From the IMG/VR virus record IMGVR_UViG_3300025300_000050, positions 1 to 33,416 of that record: a DNA stretch of 33,416 bases, one strand, 5' to 3'. This stretch comes from a virus (Duplodnaviria > Caudoviricetes). Shown piece by piece: positions 17,207 to 26,169 of the stretch (position 1 is its first letter; each line of letters opens with the position of its first letter). Made by a program: the position numbers and the translations under genes. The notes under the pieces were generated by a model. It was not told the origin of the DNA, ran no database searches, and saw only the letters and a program-made list of their open reading frames with translations.

Positions 17207-19345
17207 TTATAAAATCACAGGAACAACAGTACACCGACAACTAGGATGGGCAGGAGGGTGGCTGAACCCACCAGGGAAATTCTTATGGAGATCAACGACG
17301 ACACCATTCAAAGCTTCACAGATGGAGTCTTGCCGTCCATCCAAAGAAGTCAGCCATTCCATACCATCTACTACACCGGATTCGATATATCCCTCAACGG
17401 TGCCACGATTAGACATCGTAATGACTTCAGTACGGGCAATGTTTCGTGATCGCCGCACAGATGCTTCGGACATGACGGAACGTATCCTCGATTGTAATGC
17501 CGGAATACCTTCTTCTGCGGTGAATCCTGCTAACAAAGTAGTAACGACAGCTTTTCTCGTTATCTCATTGATTCCAACAATAGCTTCCCCAACATGTTTT
17601 CTAATCCAAGCCATTGCTGTGGCATTTAATTGGACTTTCCGGATGCCATCCGTATGTGGTTGTTCAGGATGTACCAATGCATCACCAGCATCTAAGCCTT
17701 GCTCAAACACGAAGATAAGCATGGGGAGAAGCTTTTCTTCCATGATTTCTGTAAATTCATCTAATGGAAAGATCAGGTCATCAATAGATGCAATGCCTTG
17801 TATACGTCGAACCAGATCATCTGCTTGATCTTCGAACAACTGTTGAAGAACCTTCACGACAGGGGCTTCCATTGCTTCTGTATCAGTTACAAATTGATGC
17901 CAGATGATTTCCTTCTGTTCAGTGGTGTATCGGCTCTTCGGCATCACCGGCAATGATTCATCATCATTGGTTGGCGCAGAATCAGATGAACGCCGATAAA
18001 TAGTTTCTTCAGCACCGTTCAAAGCGCGGTTGATCATGCGTACCATGCCACCTTCAAACACATTCCGGTCCTCACCGATAGCCATCATCGGAGGTGGACG
18101 GTCCGCTGGGTTAACTGGCACTTCTATCAGTCCAGCAGCACGTAGATAAACGTCGCCTCCTGGTACCTGGTCGAAGCCTAATAACTTGCGATATTCGTTC
18201 ACGGTAACAGCACCGGACGACAACTCCCTAGATGCTATGTTGACTTGCTCTACCCTGTTTTGCGGAGCAGGGTCGGTGAAATCAAGTTCAATATTACCAC
18301 CAAACATAGGCACCAGAGTCATGTTGAGCTTGTTCCTGATACGTCGAAGCCTTGTTCTAAGCACATGCCTTCCATATACATTCTCGGCTTCTCGCGCATT
18401 GGCAAGATTGACGTTTTCAGACAGCCCCATAATGTGTTGAGGAACGCCGTACAAACCAAGAATATTGTCACGGCCAAGCTTCCTAAGATTAAGATGATCC
18501 ATATCACGCGGACTTAGCGAAACGGCCTGATATTCCAGGTCACCAGTAAGCACGGCAATAGAGTGGGAAGCACCCCAGCCGCTGTACTGTTGTTTCCACA
18601 TCTGCTTGATCTCTTCTTTTTGCTCTGGAGTGGTACGACCAGATTTGGTTCTTAGGATGCCTTCGGGTGTCGCAGAGTTAAATAGCATATTTCTGTTCCA
18701 CTCTGTCGCAAACCGTTCGGTATCTAGTTCAGTTGCCATCGGAGCTACGGGAGCCTGTCCACGGTACATATCTACAGGATTGGGGGTCTTGAAATGGATA
18801 ACCTGTCCGATCTCTAAACGTTGACGAAAGTTCTGTAAGCGATACTCGTAGTGATCGATAAAATCAGTGGGCGAAGGCACCACAGTCATCCGACTGGGTG
18901 GAACGATCCATATTTCAGTTGGGATTCCTCGGTTGTCACGGTTCAGAATCCAGAAGCTTTCACCAGGTAAATCCATATACATCTGATGAAGCTCTCGTAC
19001 TTCATCGCCAGATTGGAAAGGATTGGCCTTACCTTCCAGCAATTCTAAAAGCGGATGGGATTCAAGCTGGCCCTGGCGTTCTCCATTACGGATGCTGTAT
19101 AACTGCCAGTCAACTTCTGATACTGACGATGCGATCTTGGACACTACGGCATAAAGCCATCCAATCGAACCGAAGGCTTTTGTATAATCCTCGGCCCTCA
19201 TGCGCGGGGGAATCTTCATCGTCATGTTGGTGGACATGGGAACTGGTATGGATCGGAGGATAGGATTGGGAGAAGTAGCTAAGGCAAGGGATGCCTTATT
19301 CACCATTGATGGAACGAAGGATTTGATACCCGTGACAATGCTCAT
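17207..19345 (-). CDS. HK97-family portal protein fused to SPP1 gp7 / Mu F head morphogenesis domain
   Basis: Portal motifs (HPLLELL, NPFQSG, VIHFKTPNP, GLYGVP, TVNEYRK) plus C-terminal IARTEV...EWLTSLD...PPAHPSCRC. Confidence 0.93.
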   Translation of the reverse strand: MSIVTGIKSFVPSMVNKASLALATSPNPILRSIPVPMSTNMTMKIPPRMRAEDYTKAFGSIGWLYAVVSKIASSVSEVDWQLYSIRNGERQGQLESHPLLELLEGKANPFQSGDEVRELHQMYMDLPGESFWILNRDNRGIPTEIWIVPPSRMTVVPSPTDFIDHYEYRLQNFRQRLEIGQVIHFKTPNPVDMYRGQAPVAPMATELDTERFATEWNRNMLFNSATPEGILRTKSGRTTPEQKEEIKQMWKQQYSGWGASHSIAVLTGDLEYQAVSLSPRDMDHLNLRKLGRDNILGLYGVPQHIMGLSENVNLANAREAENVYGRHVLRTRLRRIRNKLNMTLVPMFGGNIELDFTDPAPQNRVEQVNIASRELSSGAVTVNEYRKLLGFDQVPGGDVYLRAAGLIEVPVNPADRPPPMMAIGEDRNVFEGGMVRMINRALNGAEETIYRRSSDSAPTNDDESLPVMPKSRYTTEQKEIIWHQFVTDTEAMEAPVVKVLQQLFEDQADDLVRRIQGIASIDDLIFPLDEFTEIMEEKLLPMLIFVFEQGLDAGDALVHPEQPHTDGIRKVQLNATAMAWIRKHVGEAIVGINEITRKAVVTTLLAGFTAEEGIPALQSRIRSVMSEASVRRSRNIARTEVITMSNRGTVEGYIESGVVDGMEWLTSLDGRQDSICEALNGVVVDLHKNFPGGFSHPPAHPSCRCTVVPVIL

Positions 19346-19375
19346 TGGATACCCCTTCTAGTTACTGGTTGATTT

Positions 19376-19408
19376 ATTATATCAATTGCAGCAAGACGGT
19401 ACAGTCTT
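19376..19408 (-). promoter_or_regulatory. Extended -10 promoter upstream of the portal gene with palindrome in the -35 region
   Basis: TGaTATAAT (19384-19376) and AAGAC-N6-GTCTT (19393-19408). Confidence 0.55.
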
Positions 19409-19578
19409 AACATTGGCCTGTAAAACTAACAGTGTTGACAAACATTCTGGAGGAATGTTCATAATGCTTCATAAAGAATTAGAAGGTGATCTGTGAAAGT
19501 AGTGATTTTGTGCGGAGGGTTTGGAACCAGGCTGCGCGAAGAGACAAAGGATGAGGCGGCGGAGAGGAGAGACCAACA

Positions 19579-19972
19579 ATGGCGGTAAACGCTTACCAAG
19601 TGAAAGTTGCGGAATGTTTTTGAGAAATGACCTTACTGAAGATGGCGAAGCGTATATAAGACAATGCGCTATTGACGGCGTTATTCTTCTGGAATGGCAA
19701 GAATGCTATTCCTACCTCGGCATATAATTTTGGAAAGCGAGATTGCTGTGATTTATGAATGTCCACATTTAGGATGCTCCGACAAAGTTCAAGGCGATGA
19801 TATGCAATCGGTGATGCGACCTTTGGTAGATCAAAAGGTAACCTTTACTGCTATCAAACCATTACCGCACGATTTTATTGATGCTGTTTTCGGTGTATCA
19901 GGTAGACAGGCTCATCGAAAACTCCAATGTTCTCAATGGTGCCGAAGGGGTCCTGATTGCCGACAATCCTGA
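19579..19972 (+). pseudogene. Probable frameshifted remnant of a plus-strand gene
   Basis: GAGGAG SD and ATG 19579 give MAVNAYQVKVAECF then stop at a T5 run; protein-like sequence continues in other frames (LRNDLTEDGEAYIRQC...; IILESEIAVIYECPHLGC...). TTGACA lies at 19435. Confidence 0.35.
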
Positions 19973-20080
19973 CCTCGTAGCCAATGTATACCCAAGGTGT
20001 TCCTGCATCATACGTCGATGCTCATCTATCCGGTGGCCTCGTATCTTCCGTTGCTGATATGGGTAAACCATTATATCCAT
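19898..20080 (-). pseudogene. Truncated HNH endonuclease remnant
   Basis: EHRRMMQEHLGYTL is the usual pre-HNH segment; no HHxNxxxxDN follows. Confidence 0.5.
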
Positions 20081-21128
20081 CCGCCTTGTCGTAAAAAGCG
20101 TTCCACCACTTTTGGTAGGATGCCATTTCCAAGGGCACTAAATTGACCCACCCTATCGGTAACCCCATCAGCCACTCTACCCACCTCGGGTTCAGTTTCC
20201 CACCAACCTCCCTTGGTAGAGACGATTGGTGGCCTCCCCGTTCCGTTGTGCCCGTCCCTGGTGCGCCCTTGTAGTCCCTGCTGTTCGGCGTTGCCCATCG
20301 TACTACATCCCCCAGACTCTCCCTTGCTGGCCCGTGGGGACCGTCCTGCGCCCGCGGCGTCGGCCCATGCTGAACAGTCTCTCGTAGATTCATACCCCTC
20401 TTGCCATTGCTGTAGGTACTGGTGTTCGCATCGGGTGTAGGCCATAGCCTCACTGCCGTATCCAGCGTCAGACCGAAGCCGTTCCCGTTCTTCTTCGTTG
20501 CTTGGATGGATGCTCTGCGCTCCAACAGCTTCTCCAAATCCTTCTCGCCCTGTTGCCAGTTGGACGGGGTGGGCCACATCCCGGTCGCTGCTATCGTCCC
20601 GAGGCCCGCCGTCCCATCTACATTTTGATTGCTCTTGAATCGTACTCTCCCACTCGTTGTCCGATACATTTGTTCCTCTGGCCGTCCAAGGCACATCGCA
20701 TCTGCTGCCTGCGGGGTAGGCAAGGCACCACCACCTATAACGAAGGTGTGGCGCACCGACTTCGGCGGCAGATACGCAGTCCCAGATACAATCGTACCCT
20801 GCTTCGGCCAACTCCCCGACCACGGTTCCAGCATATCCTGGTTCCACAAGGAGACCTGGTACGTTCTCCAGCACTGCGAATCTCGGTCCCACTTCCCGAA
20901 TGATTCTAAGGGTATCGGGCCAGAGGTTGCGTTCATCCTCTGCTCCTCGTCGTTGCCCTGCGACTGAGTGGGGCTGGCAAGGGAATCCTGCCGTAATGAT
21001 GTCAACCAGTCCTCGATACTGGGTGCCGTCGAAGGCACGTATATCGGGGAAGATGGGAGCATCATCGAGGAACCCATCGAGTATCCTCTGCTGGATAACC
21101 GCTTGGCAGTAGGGGTCAATTTCGACAT
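20022..21128 (-). CDS. Overlapping alternative-frame polypeptide carrying motif IX and PTP repeats (beta chain; start uncertain)
   Basis: 368-codon open frame on the same strand; KLNPRWVEWLMGLPIGW resembles motif IX; five (W/L/G)(P/A)TP repeats. Confidence 0.75.
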   Translation of the reverse strand: MSKLTPTAKRLSSRGYSMGSSMMLPSSPIYVPSTAPSIEDWLTSLRQDSLASPTQSQGNDEEQRMNATSGPIPLESFGKWDRDSQCWRTYQVSLWNQDMLEPWSGSWPKQGTIVSGTAYLPPKSVRHTFVIGGGALPTPQAADAMCLGRPEEQMYRTTSGRVRFKSNQNVDGTAGLGTIAATGMWPTPSNWQQGEKDLEKLLERRASIQATKKNGNGFGLTLDTAVRLWPTPDANTSTYSNGKRGMNLRETVQHGPTPRAQDGPHGPARESLGDVVRWATPNSRDYKGAPGTGTTERGGHQSSLPREVGGKLNPRWVEWLMGLPIGWVNLVPLEMASYQKWWNAFYDKADGYNGLPISATEDTRPPDR

Positions 21129-21213
21129 AGCCCACCGTCCTTACATCAAGTCCTGCAAGTCGTAACCCGAGGCTGAAACCACCATACCCTGTGAATAAGG
21201 ATAGTTCGTTCAT
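20071..21213 (-). CDS. C5 cytosine DNA methyltransferase, alpha chain (motifs I-VIII and X)
   Basis: LFTGYGG (I), GFPCQ (IV), ENV (VI), PHLRYRWW (VIII), LGNG (X); no motif IX in this frame. Confidence 0.92.
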   Translation of the reverse strand: MNELSLFTGYGGFSLGLRLAGLDVRTVGYVEIDPYCQAVIQQRILDGFLDDAPIFPDIRAFDGTQYRGLVDIITAGFPCQPHSVAGQRRGAEDERNLWPDTLRIIREVGPRFAVLENVPGLLVEPGYAGTVVGELAEAGYDCIWDCVSAAEVGAPHLRYRWWCLAYPAGSRCDVPWTARGTNVSDNEWESTIQEQSKCRWDGGPRDDSSDRDVAHPVQLATGREGFGEAVGAQSIHPSNEEERERLRSDAGYGSEAMAYTRCEHQYLQQWQEGYESTRDCSAWADAAGAGRSPRASKGESGGCSTMGNAEQQGLQGRTRDGHNGTGRPPIVSTKGGWWETEPEVGRVADGVTDRVGQFSALGNGILPKVVERFLRQGGWI

Positions 21214-21452
21214 CTAAGGATTAGATCGACACCATGTTGCCATCCAAAGGACATCCGACGTATCAATTCCTTGCCAGGTTCTGGCGTTGGTAGCATGTCG
21301 CAAACACAACCTTCCATGCGAGGGATAAATTTTAAACAGGCTGGGCATTGGTTGTTTTCAGAATCGTGGACTAGCTCGTTGCATTTCTTGCAATAGAAGT
21401 ATTCTGCGTTTTCGCACTCGTTGCTATGGTTATCGGTATCATATATGCTCAT
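21210..21452 (-). CDS. Small Cys-rich Zn-ribbon protein
   Basis: YCKKCN...CPAC...CVC; ATGA overlap with the MTase start. Confidence 0.65.
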   Translation of the reverse strand: MSIYDTDNHSNECENAEYFYCKKCNELVHDSENNQCPACLKFIPRMEGCVCDMLPTPEPGKELIRRMSFGWQHGVDLILR

Positions 21453-21494
21453 TTCGTCTTCCTTCCTTCCTTTCTTCTTGCTTTTTTAGGCTCC

Positions 21495-21532
21495 CCATCC
21501 TTGCCCCTGACCGGAGTCAGGGGCAGGGATGG
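21495..21532 (-). other. 17-bp RNA hairpin with c(UCCG)g tetraloop
   Basis: CCATCCCTGCCCCTGAC-TCCG-GTCAGGGGCAAGGATGG on the minus strand, one mismatch; followed by an A run, not a U run. Confidence 0.7.
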
Positions 21533-21534
21533 AG

Positions 21535-21804
21535 TTACCTACTGCAATTTGTGCAAGCCTTGGGGTCTATCTCGTCCATGACCCAACCTGGATCCTCTTC
21601 ATCGCCAGTGTCTAGATAATTCTCGATGGCAGTGGCGAGATCGGGGAAAATGTATCCCTCTCCAAATGTTTCGAATAGTCGCCTAGTTTTAATGTCACCG
21701 CAACCCACCTTGTGGATATCAATTCCATGCCCAGTTACGAATGCTACTACATAGAGGCCATTTGGATTCTCAAACCGGTTCCGGTTCCTGGTGGCTATAA
21801 TCAT
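21535..21804 (-). CDS. Hypothetical early-type protein
   Basis: Start reassigned to ATG 21804 (AAGGGGG SD), downstream of the promoter at 21841-21869; IHKVGCGD motif. Confidence 0.65.
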   Translation of the reverse strand: MIIATRNRNRFENPNGLYVVAFVTGHGIDIHKVGCGDIKTRRLFETFGEGYIFPDLATAIENYLDTGDEEDPGWVMDEIDPKACTNCSR

Positions 21805-21840
21805 GTTGTCCCCCTTGTTAATGTTAATTACCATAATTAG

Positions 21841-21869
21841 AGTATACACCAATAGTGTATACAATGCAA
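21841..21869 (-). promoter_or_regulatory. Sigma70 promoter with embedded operator
   Basis: TTGCAT-17-TATACT; perfect palindrome GTATACAC-N5-GTGTATAC (21842-21862). Confidence 0.8.
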
Positions 21870-21950
21870 CCATTTAACGCATCAATTTCACAACAATCGT
21901 TAAATTGGTTAAAGAGGAAAGGGGCAATCAAAACCGAGCAAAAGAAGGAA

Positions 21951-23252
21951 CTAGCTAATTAGTTCTATGCCAGCTTCTGGAACCTGGAGCTTAGCAAACG
22001 CTCCGGAAACCGCGTCGATCTGGTCGTCATGTGAGCCATTGGGGAAGGACTCGGCTTCGTCAAGGTAATCTGTAATCCAGGTTCCTGCGATCAACCGGAA
22101 GTTACCAGCCTGGGCAGTAGAACTAACCGGATTGGCTCGTTCCTCTTTACTGCCGGTCGGTCGGTCACCGTAACAAATGTATCCTTGGAGGACTTTGCGG
22201 ATGTAGTGGTCTATAGTAATGACACCGGAAGAACCTGGTTCTTGTTCAATGTAAATCGGAGTATTAACACCATCAAGGGCAGCGACCTGTTTGATAAGAT
22301 GCTCGATATCAAGAGGGGTTCCTTGGATACGCACCATATGCATGATGTAGTAAATCCCATCTTCATCGATGCCGACAAGCGCACCGGCTGTCCAATCAGG
22401 ATCTTTACCTGGCGCAGGGGCTGTAGCAGCCATGTCCCAATAACGCACTTTGTCTACGAGATTAACAGGCACACGATCCAAAGGAGCTTTGAACCATTCG
22501 CGCTTGAATTTTCCACCTTGCTGTCTGGCTGACCAATCTCCTCGTAGTAACTGCGCTTTTGTGACAGCATCTAGTTGCGACAAGGATTGCACATATGCTG
22601 CACGATCAAGGAACGGGTTATCAGCAAGCCGTGCAGGAATGAAAATACGGCCCTTGGATTTTCCTTCCACCACAAACCGCTGCTTGACCCAGTCATGGCC
22701 TCTTCCACCAGGGTTGGAAGCAGAGCGCATCCTTAATGGGATGTTGCTTCCGGTAGGACGACGAAGTCGAGAGAATAAATAAGTGTATTGCGATTGAGTG
22801 AACTGGGTTAGTTCGTCGAATCCAATAAACTGGAATTCAGTGGACTGATATCGATATTTGTGGTTTTCATTATCCATGTAGGCAAAGGTCAACGTTGCCC
22901 CGCTCGGGAATCTCCACTCTTTCGTCATCTCGTGCCATGTGCAATCCTTGCCATTAAGCCATTCCTTGGATCGTTCCATAATTGCACCAGGAAGAGCAAG
23001 GTCGGCAAAAGTACGCCGGAAGAGAATGGCGTGATAGTCAGGTTCATCTACATACTGTAATGCTGCCATGAGCAAAGCTTCTGATTTGCCACCACCGGCA
23101 GCACCACCGTAAAGGACTTCTTGTACATCGACCAGCATCAAAAAACGGGCTTCTTTGTGTGTCGGTTCATGAGGAATATAACGATTGCGTACAACGGTGA
23201 ACCCAAGAATACCTTCGCGTAGTTTTATTGGATCAATTGATGCAGTTACCAT
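21951..23252 (-). CDS. terL: Terminase large subunit
   Basis: LYGGAAGGGKS (Walker A), FIGFDELTQF (Walker B), SASNPGG, RYWDMAA, FPNGSHDDQIDA nuclease motifs. Confidence 0.96.
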   Translation of the reverse strand: MVTASIDPIKLREGILGFTVVRNRYIPHEPTHKEARFLMLVDVQEVLYGGAAGGGKSEALLMAALQYVDEPDYHAILFRRTFADLALPGAIMERSKEWLNGKDCTWHEMTKEWRFPSGATLTFAYMDNENHKYRYQSTEFQFIGFDELTQFTQSQYTYLFSRLRRPTGSNIPLRMRSASNPGGRGHDWVKQRFVVEGKSKGRIFIPARLADNPFLDRAAYVQSLSQLDAVTKAQLLRGDWSARQQGGKFKREWFKAPLDRVPVNLVDKVRYWDMAATAPAPGKDPDWTAGALVGIDEDGIYYIMHMVRIQGTPLDIEHLIKQVAALDGVNTPIYIEQEPGSSGVITIDHYIRKVLQGYICYGDRPTGSKEERANPVSSTAQAGNFRLIAGTWITDYLDEAESFPNGSHDDQIDAVSGAFAKLQVPEAGIELIS

Positions 23253-23257
23253 GATGT

Positions 23258-23779
23258 CTAATCCACATCGTATTCATCTTGTTCTACTACTTGAGACTGT
23301 CCATCAATAAGTTGATCCATATCCTGCCAGGGGTCAGCACGAATATCAGCAGCGTACGCAGCCAATTGTTCAGTTAAGCTCATTGTATGCTCAACTTGAA
23401 TAGGCCCACCTTGATCTCCGACCAACTCAAGTCGATTACCTACAGCAACATCCAAGCCCAAAAGACGAGCGCGTCGCTCTAAAATTTTTAGGACACGATC
23501 AATAGTTGGGAGGTCTCCAGCCCTGGCTCGGCTCCAAAGGGCCATTAGCAAAGAGTCCAGTCGTGCTAAGTCCATTTGACGCGCTTCTTCAGATGGTTCT
23601 TGCAGCGTCTTAAACAAAGCGGTCTGGACGGCGTTATAGGCTCCTTGCTTGTTGCTATATCCTAACGCCTGGGCGATCTCAAGATAGGTCGCTCCAGCCT
23701 TTCGCAAATCCACTGCACTTCGTTGTCGATCAACCGCTGCTATGCGCCGAGGGCTGGTTTTGCTTTCTCTAGGCATCAC
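23258..23779 (-). CDS. terS: Terminase small subunit
   Basis: N-terminal HTH (LRKAGATYLEIAQALGYS), ERRARLLGLD, ELVGDQGGPIQVE; directly upstream of terL. Confidence 0.85.
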   Translation of the reverse strand: MMPRESKTSPRRIAAVDRQRSAVDLRKAGATYLEIAQALGYSNKQGAYNAVQTALFKTLQEPSEEARQMDLARLDSLLMALWSRARAGDLPTIDRVLKILERRARLLGLDVAVGNRLELVGDQGGPIQVEHTMSLTEQLAAYAADIRADPWQDMDQLIDGQSQVVEQDEYDVD

Positions 23780-24987
23780 TCCACCCTCCGGGGCTCCAGG
23801 CCCATCCCGGCCATCCGCTCTAGGGTCACCGCCACATACTTCGGCTCGATCTCCATCCCGTAGCAGATGCGTTCGGTTTGTTCACAGGCGACCATGGTGG
23901 TCCCGGAGCCGAGGAAGGGGTCGTACAGCGTCTGGGCAGCATCGGTTATATTTAGAATTGCCGCAAGGAGTTCCACCGGCTTCTCAGTTGGATGGTTCGG
24001 ATTACCTGTTCGCTGACAGCGAATAACATTACCCAGGGCCTTGTGGTTGTCAAATTTGATAATGTTTCGACAAGCAAACATGATGATTTCGTGTTGGCTG
24101 CGCCATCCAACACCCATACCCGGAGACCCCTTATCCCATACAATCATCTGCCTTACACCAAAGCCTGACGATTCCATGACATCATAAAGGTTGACCCACA
24201 TTTTCCAATCAGTAAAGACGTAGGCGCCCGCACACTCTATCTCCCCAATAGCTCGTTTAATCAATGCTAAATACCCATGTGTCGACAACCTGTCATTAAC
24301 TATTTGGGGCACAGGTTGGCCTTGCTGAACTGTTCCAATACTGCCACTGGCCCTTGATGCTTCTTGAAAACCCCCAGAGGAGTACGGTGGGTCAGTCATA
24401 ATAAAATTAGGTGCCACACCTCCGTACAGCTTCCGCCTGTCTTCCGGGCTTGTACAGTCTCCGCACATTAAACGGTGTACCCCAACCTCCCAGAGTTGGC
24501 CCCGTTCGGTCCCCCACTTAGCTAGCAACTCAGCGGCCTGATCCAACTGAGGCCCTGGATCGGGTGCTCCTCCATGTTCTATGGGTAGGTGTTGCTGCTT
24601 CCGTATGTCATCCAGCATGGCACTCAGGTCCGGGCGCTGGATGCTCTCCAACAGCGCCGTGAGGTCTCCCTTGTCTGCCTCGGCCATCGCTGCCAGGGGA
24701 TCCAAGGTCGCCAAGACCACGTCCGCCTCAGCTTCGTCCAGGTCCACCACGAGGACGGGGACAATGGCCTCGGGATCGAGCCCGGCCCGGAGGGGGCCAT
24801 CCAGGAGTTCGATCCCCTGGTCCGTCTCGCTGCCTATGAGGGCATCCGCCCACCCAACCTCGGCAAGGACCGCCTGGAGGTGCTTCTGCTGGGCCGGAGA
24901 ATGCCGCCTCCAGTTCTTCGGGTTGGGAACCAAATCCCCGGCCCGGGCCCGGCGGAGGTCGGTTATTCGATCTCTAATATCTGCCAT
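23776..24987 (-). CDS. ParB-like N-terminal domain fused to N6/N4 DNA methyltransferase
   Basis: PNPKNWRRH...LLDGPLR (ParB-like; DGH replaced by DGP), HRLMCGDCT, TDPPY, HPTEKP, DPFLGSGTT. Confidence 0.9.
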   Translation of the reverse strand: MADIRDRITDLRRARAGDLVPNPKNWRRHSPAQQKHLQAVLAEVGWADALIGSETDQGIELLDGPLRAGLDPEAIVPVLVVDLDEAEADVVLATLDPLAAMAEADKGDLTALLESIQRPDLSAMLDDIRKQQHLPIEHGGAPDPGPQLDQAAELLAKWGTERGQLWEVGVHRLMCGDCTSPEDRRKLYGGVAPNFIMTDPPYSSGGFQEASRASGSIGTVQQGQPVPQIVNDRLSTHGYLALIKRAIGEIECAGAYVFTDWKMWVNLYDVMESSGFGVRQMIVWDKGSPGMGVGWRSQHEIIMFACRNIIKFDNHKALGNVIRCQRTGNPNHPTEKPVELLAAILNITDAAQTLYDPFLGSGTTMVACEQTERICYGMEIEPKYVAVTLERMAGMGLEPRRVE

Positions 24988-24998
24988 CAGCGTCCCCT

Positions 24999-25337
24999 TT
25001 ATCCATTTGATGCAGTCCTCTCGAGGGTCCGGACGATGTCATCCCAATCACGTGGTCGCCATATATATACCTGATGTCCAGGGATTTGTTGCAGCATTTC
25101 TAACACCTGTTTTTGCGCAGGTGTTAGCTTTCCCTTCTCGGTCTTTAGCTCGGCGATCACCATCCGTGGTGGTCGCAACAAAACAAGATCAGGCCATCCT
25201 GCCGGACTGTGCTTGCTGTTCCACGTGCGAAACTCCTGCCAACCGAGGCCACGGGCCAGTTGCACTACGTGGTTAGCAAAGGTTTTTTCGCTGATCGCCA
25301 AATTCGCTGGCACCCTCGTTCTCCTAACGGTTGGCAT
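24999..25337 (-). CDS. VRR-NUC domain nuclease
   Basis: SEKTF...GWPDLVL...IAELKTEKGKLTPAQ, a PD-(D/E)xK pattern. Confidence 0.9.
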   Translation of the reverse strand: MPTVRRTRVPANLAISEKTFANHVVQLARGLGWQEFRTWNSKHSPAGWPDLVLLRPPRMVIAELKTEKGKLTPAQKQVLEMLQQIPGHQVYIWRPRDWDDIVRTLERTASNG

Positions 25338-26169
25338 AATCCCAATGATCTACACCAGTGCGATGATCCCCTGCTGTAATGTACGCTAAAGTAGTTATGC
25401 CAGTATCGGTATCCCATAGCCTACTTGCAATCGTGCTGCCCAATACGAGGGCGGTTTTATCACGGGATAGATGCGTGGCAAGGGCTGTCAGCTTCTCGTC
25501 TTGATAACGTTCATTTATGATTGTAGAAAGGGTGGAGACGCTAAAGCTGGTAGCGTTCACCGATCCAAGTTCGTCCAGCAGCAGCACTTCGGCGTTAATG
25601 TAAGCAGCCTCTACATCGTACATGCTAGGGCCATCAGGGTTCGCAATCGTGGCCCGTAGTTTGCGCAGGAGCATTTCGGCACTTTCATATTTAACCATGT
25701 AGCCATCCGCAACCATACGTCTACCGGCTGCTTGCAGTAGATGGCTTTTGCCAGACCCATTGGTGCCGTTGAGCATCAAAAACGGGGCAGTGTCAGTGCG
25801 CATGGCCCATGCCTGCGCCAAAGCTAGCGCATCTTCCGTTCCAGGTATTCGGTCAAAGCCTTTGGTAGTGTCAGTTTCCCCGATGTCATCAAAAGTTCGT
25901 GGTTTACCCTTGGGGAAATTGTTGTAACGGATCATCATTTCCGCAGTATGCTTAATTGCTTCGGGGCTTTCAGAAACGCAGTGACAGCGAAACACATTGC
26001 CGAAGTCGGGATGTTCCAAAGGCACTTTGTGACGTACCCAGCCAGTGCCTCTACAATCAGGACACTGCGTTACGGTTTCGTCGTCGTTCGGATAATCTTC
26101 GACTCTCGGTTTCAAACCGGTTCTCGATAGGATTGTGCTGAGGTTTTCCATTCCCTTTTGGTTGGTCAT
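25324..26169 (-). CDS. DnaC/IstB-like helicase loader ATPase
   Basis: CPDCRGTG...CHC Zn site, GTNGSGKSHL Walker A, LLLDELG Walker B, IINERY, IASRL. Confidence 0.9.
   Translation of the reverse strand: MTNQKGMENLSTILSRTGLKPRVEDYPNDDETVTQCPDCRGTGWVRHKVPLEHPDFGNVFRCHCVSESPEAIKHTAEMMIRYNNFPKGKPRTFDDIGETDTTKGFDRIPGTEDALALAQAWAMRTDTAPFLMLNGTNGSGKSHLLQAAGRRMVADGYMVKYESAEMLLRKLRATIANPDGPSMYDVEAAYINAEVLLLDELGSVNATSFSVSTLSTIINERYQDEKLTALATHLSRDKTALVLGSTIASRLWDTDTGITTLAYITAGDHRTGVDHWDYANR

Noticed and set aside
19441-19460. LexA/SOS box
   Set aside because: AACATTC-N5-GAATGTT fits neither GAAC-N4-GTTC nor CTGT-N8-ACAG.
21481-21534. Intrinsic terminator
   Set aside because: The T run precedes the hairpin on the plus strand and reads as an A run after it on the transcribed minus strand.
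24581-25276. Long plus-strand ORFs (231 and 161 aa)
   Set aside because: Antisense to the GC-rich ParB-MTase and VRR-NUC genes; Ser/Arg-rich with no motifs.
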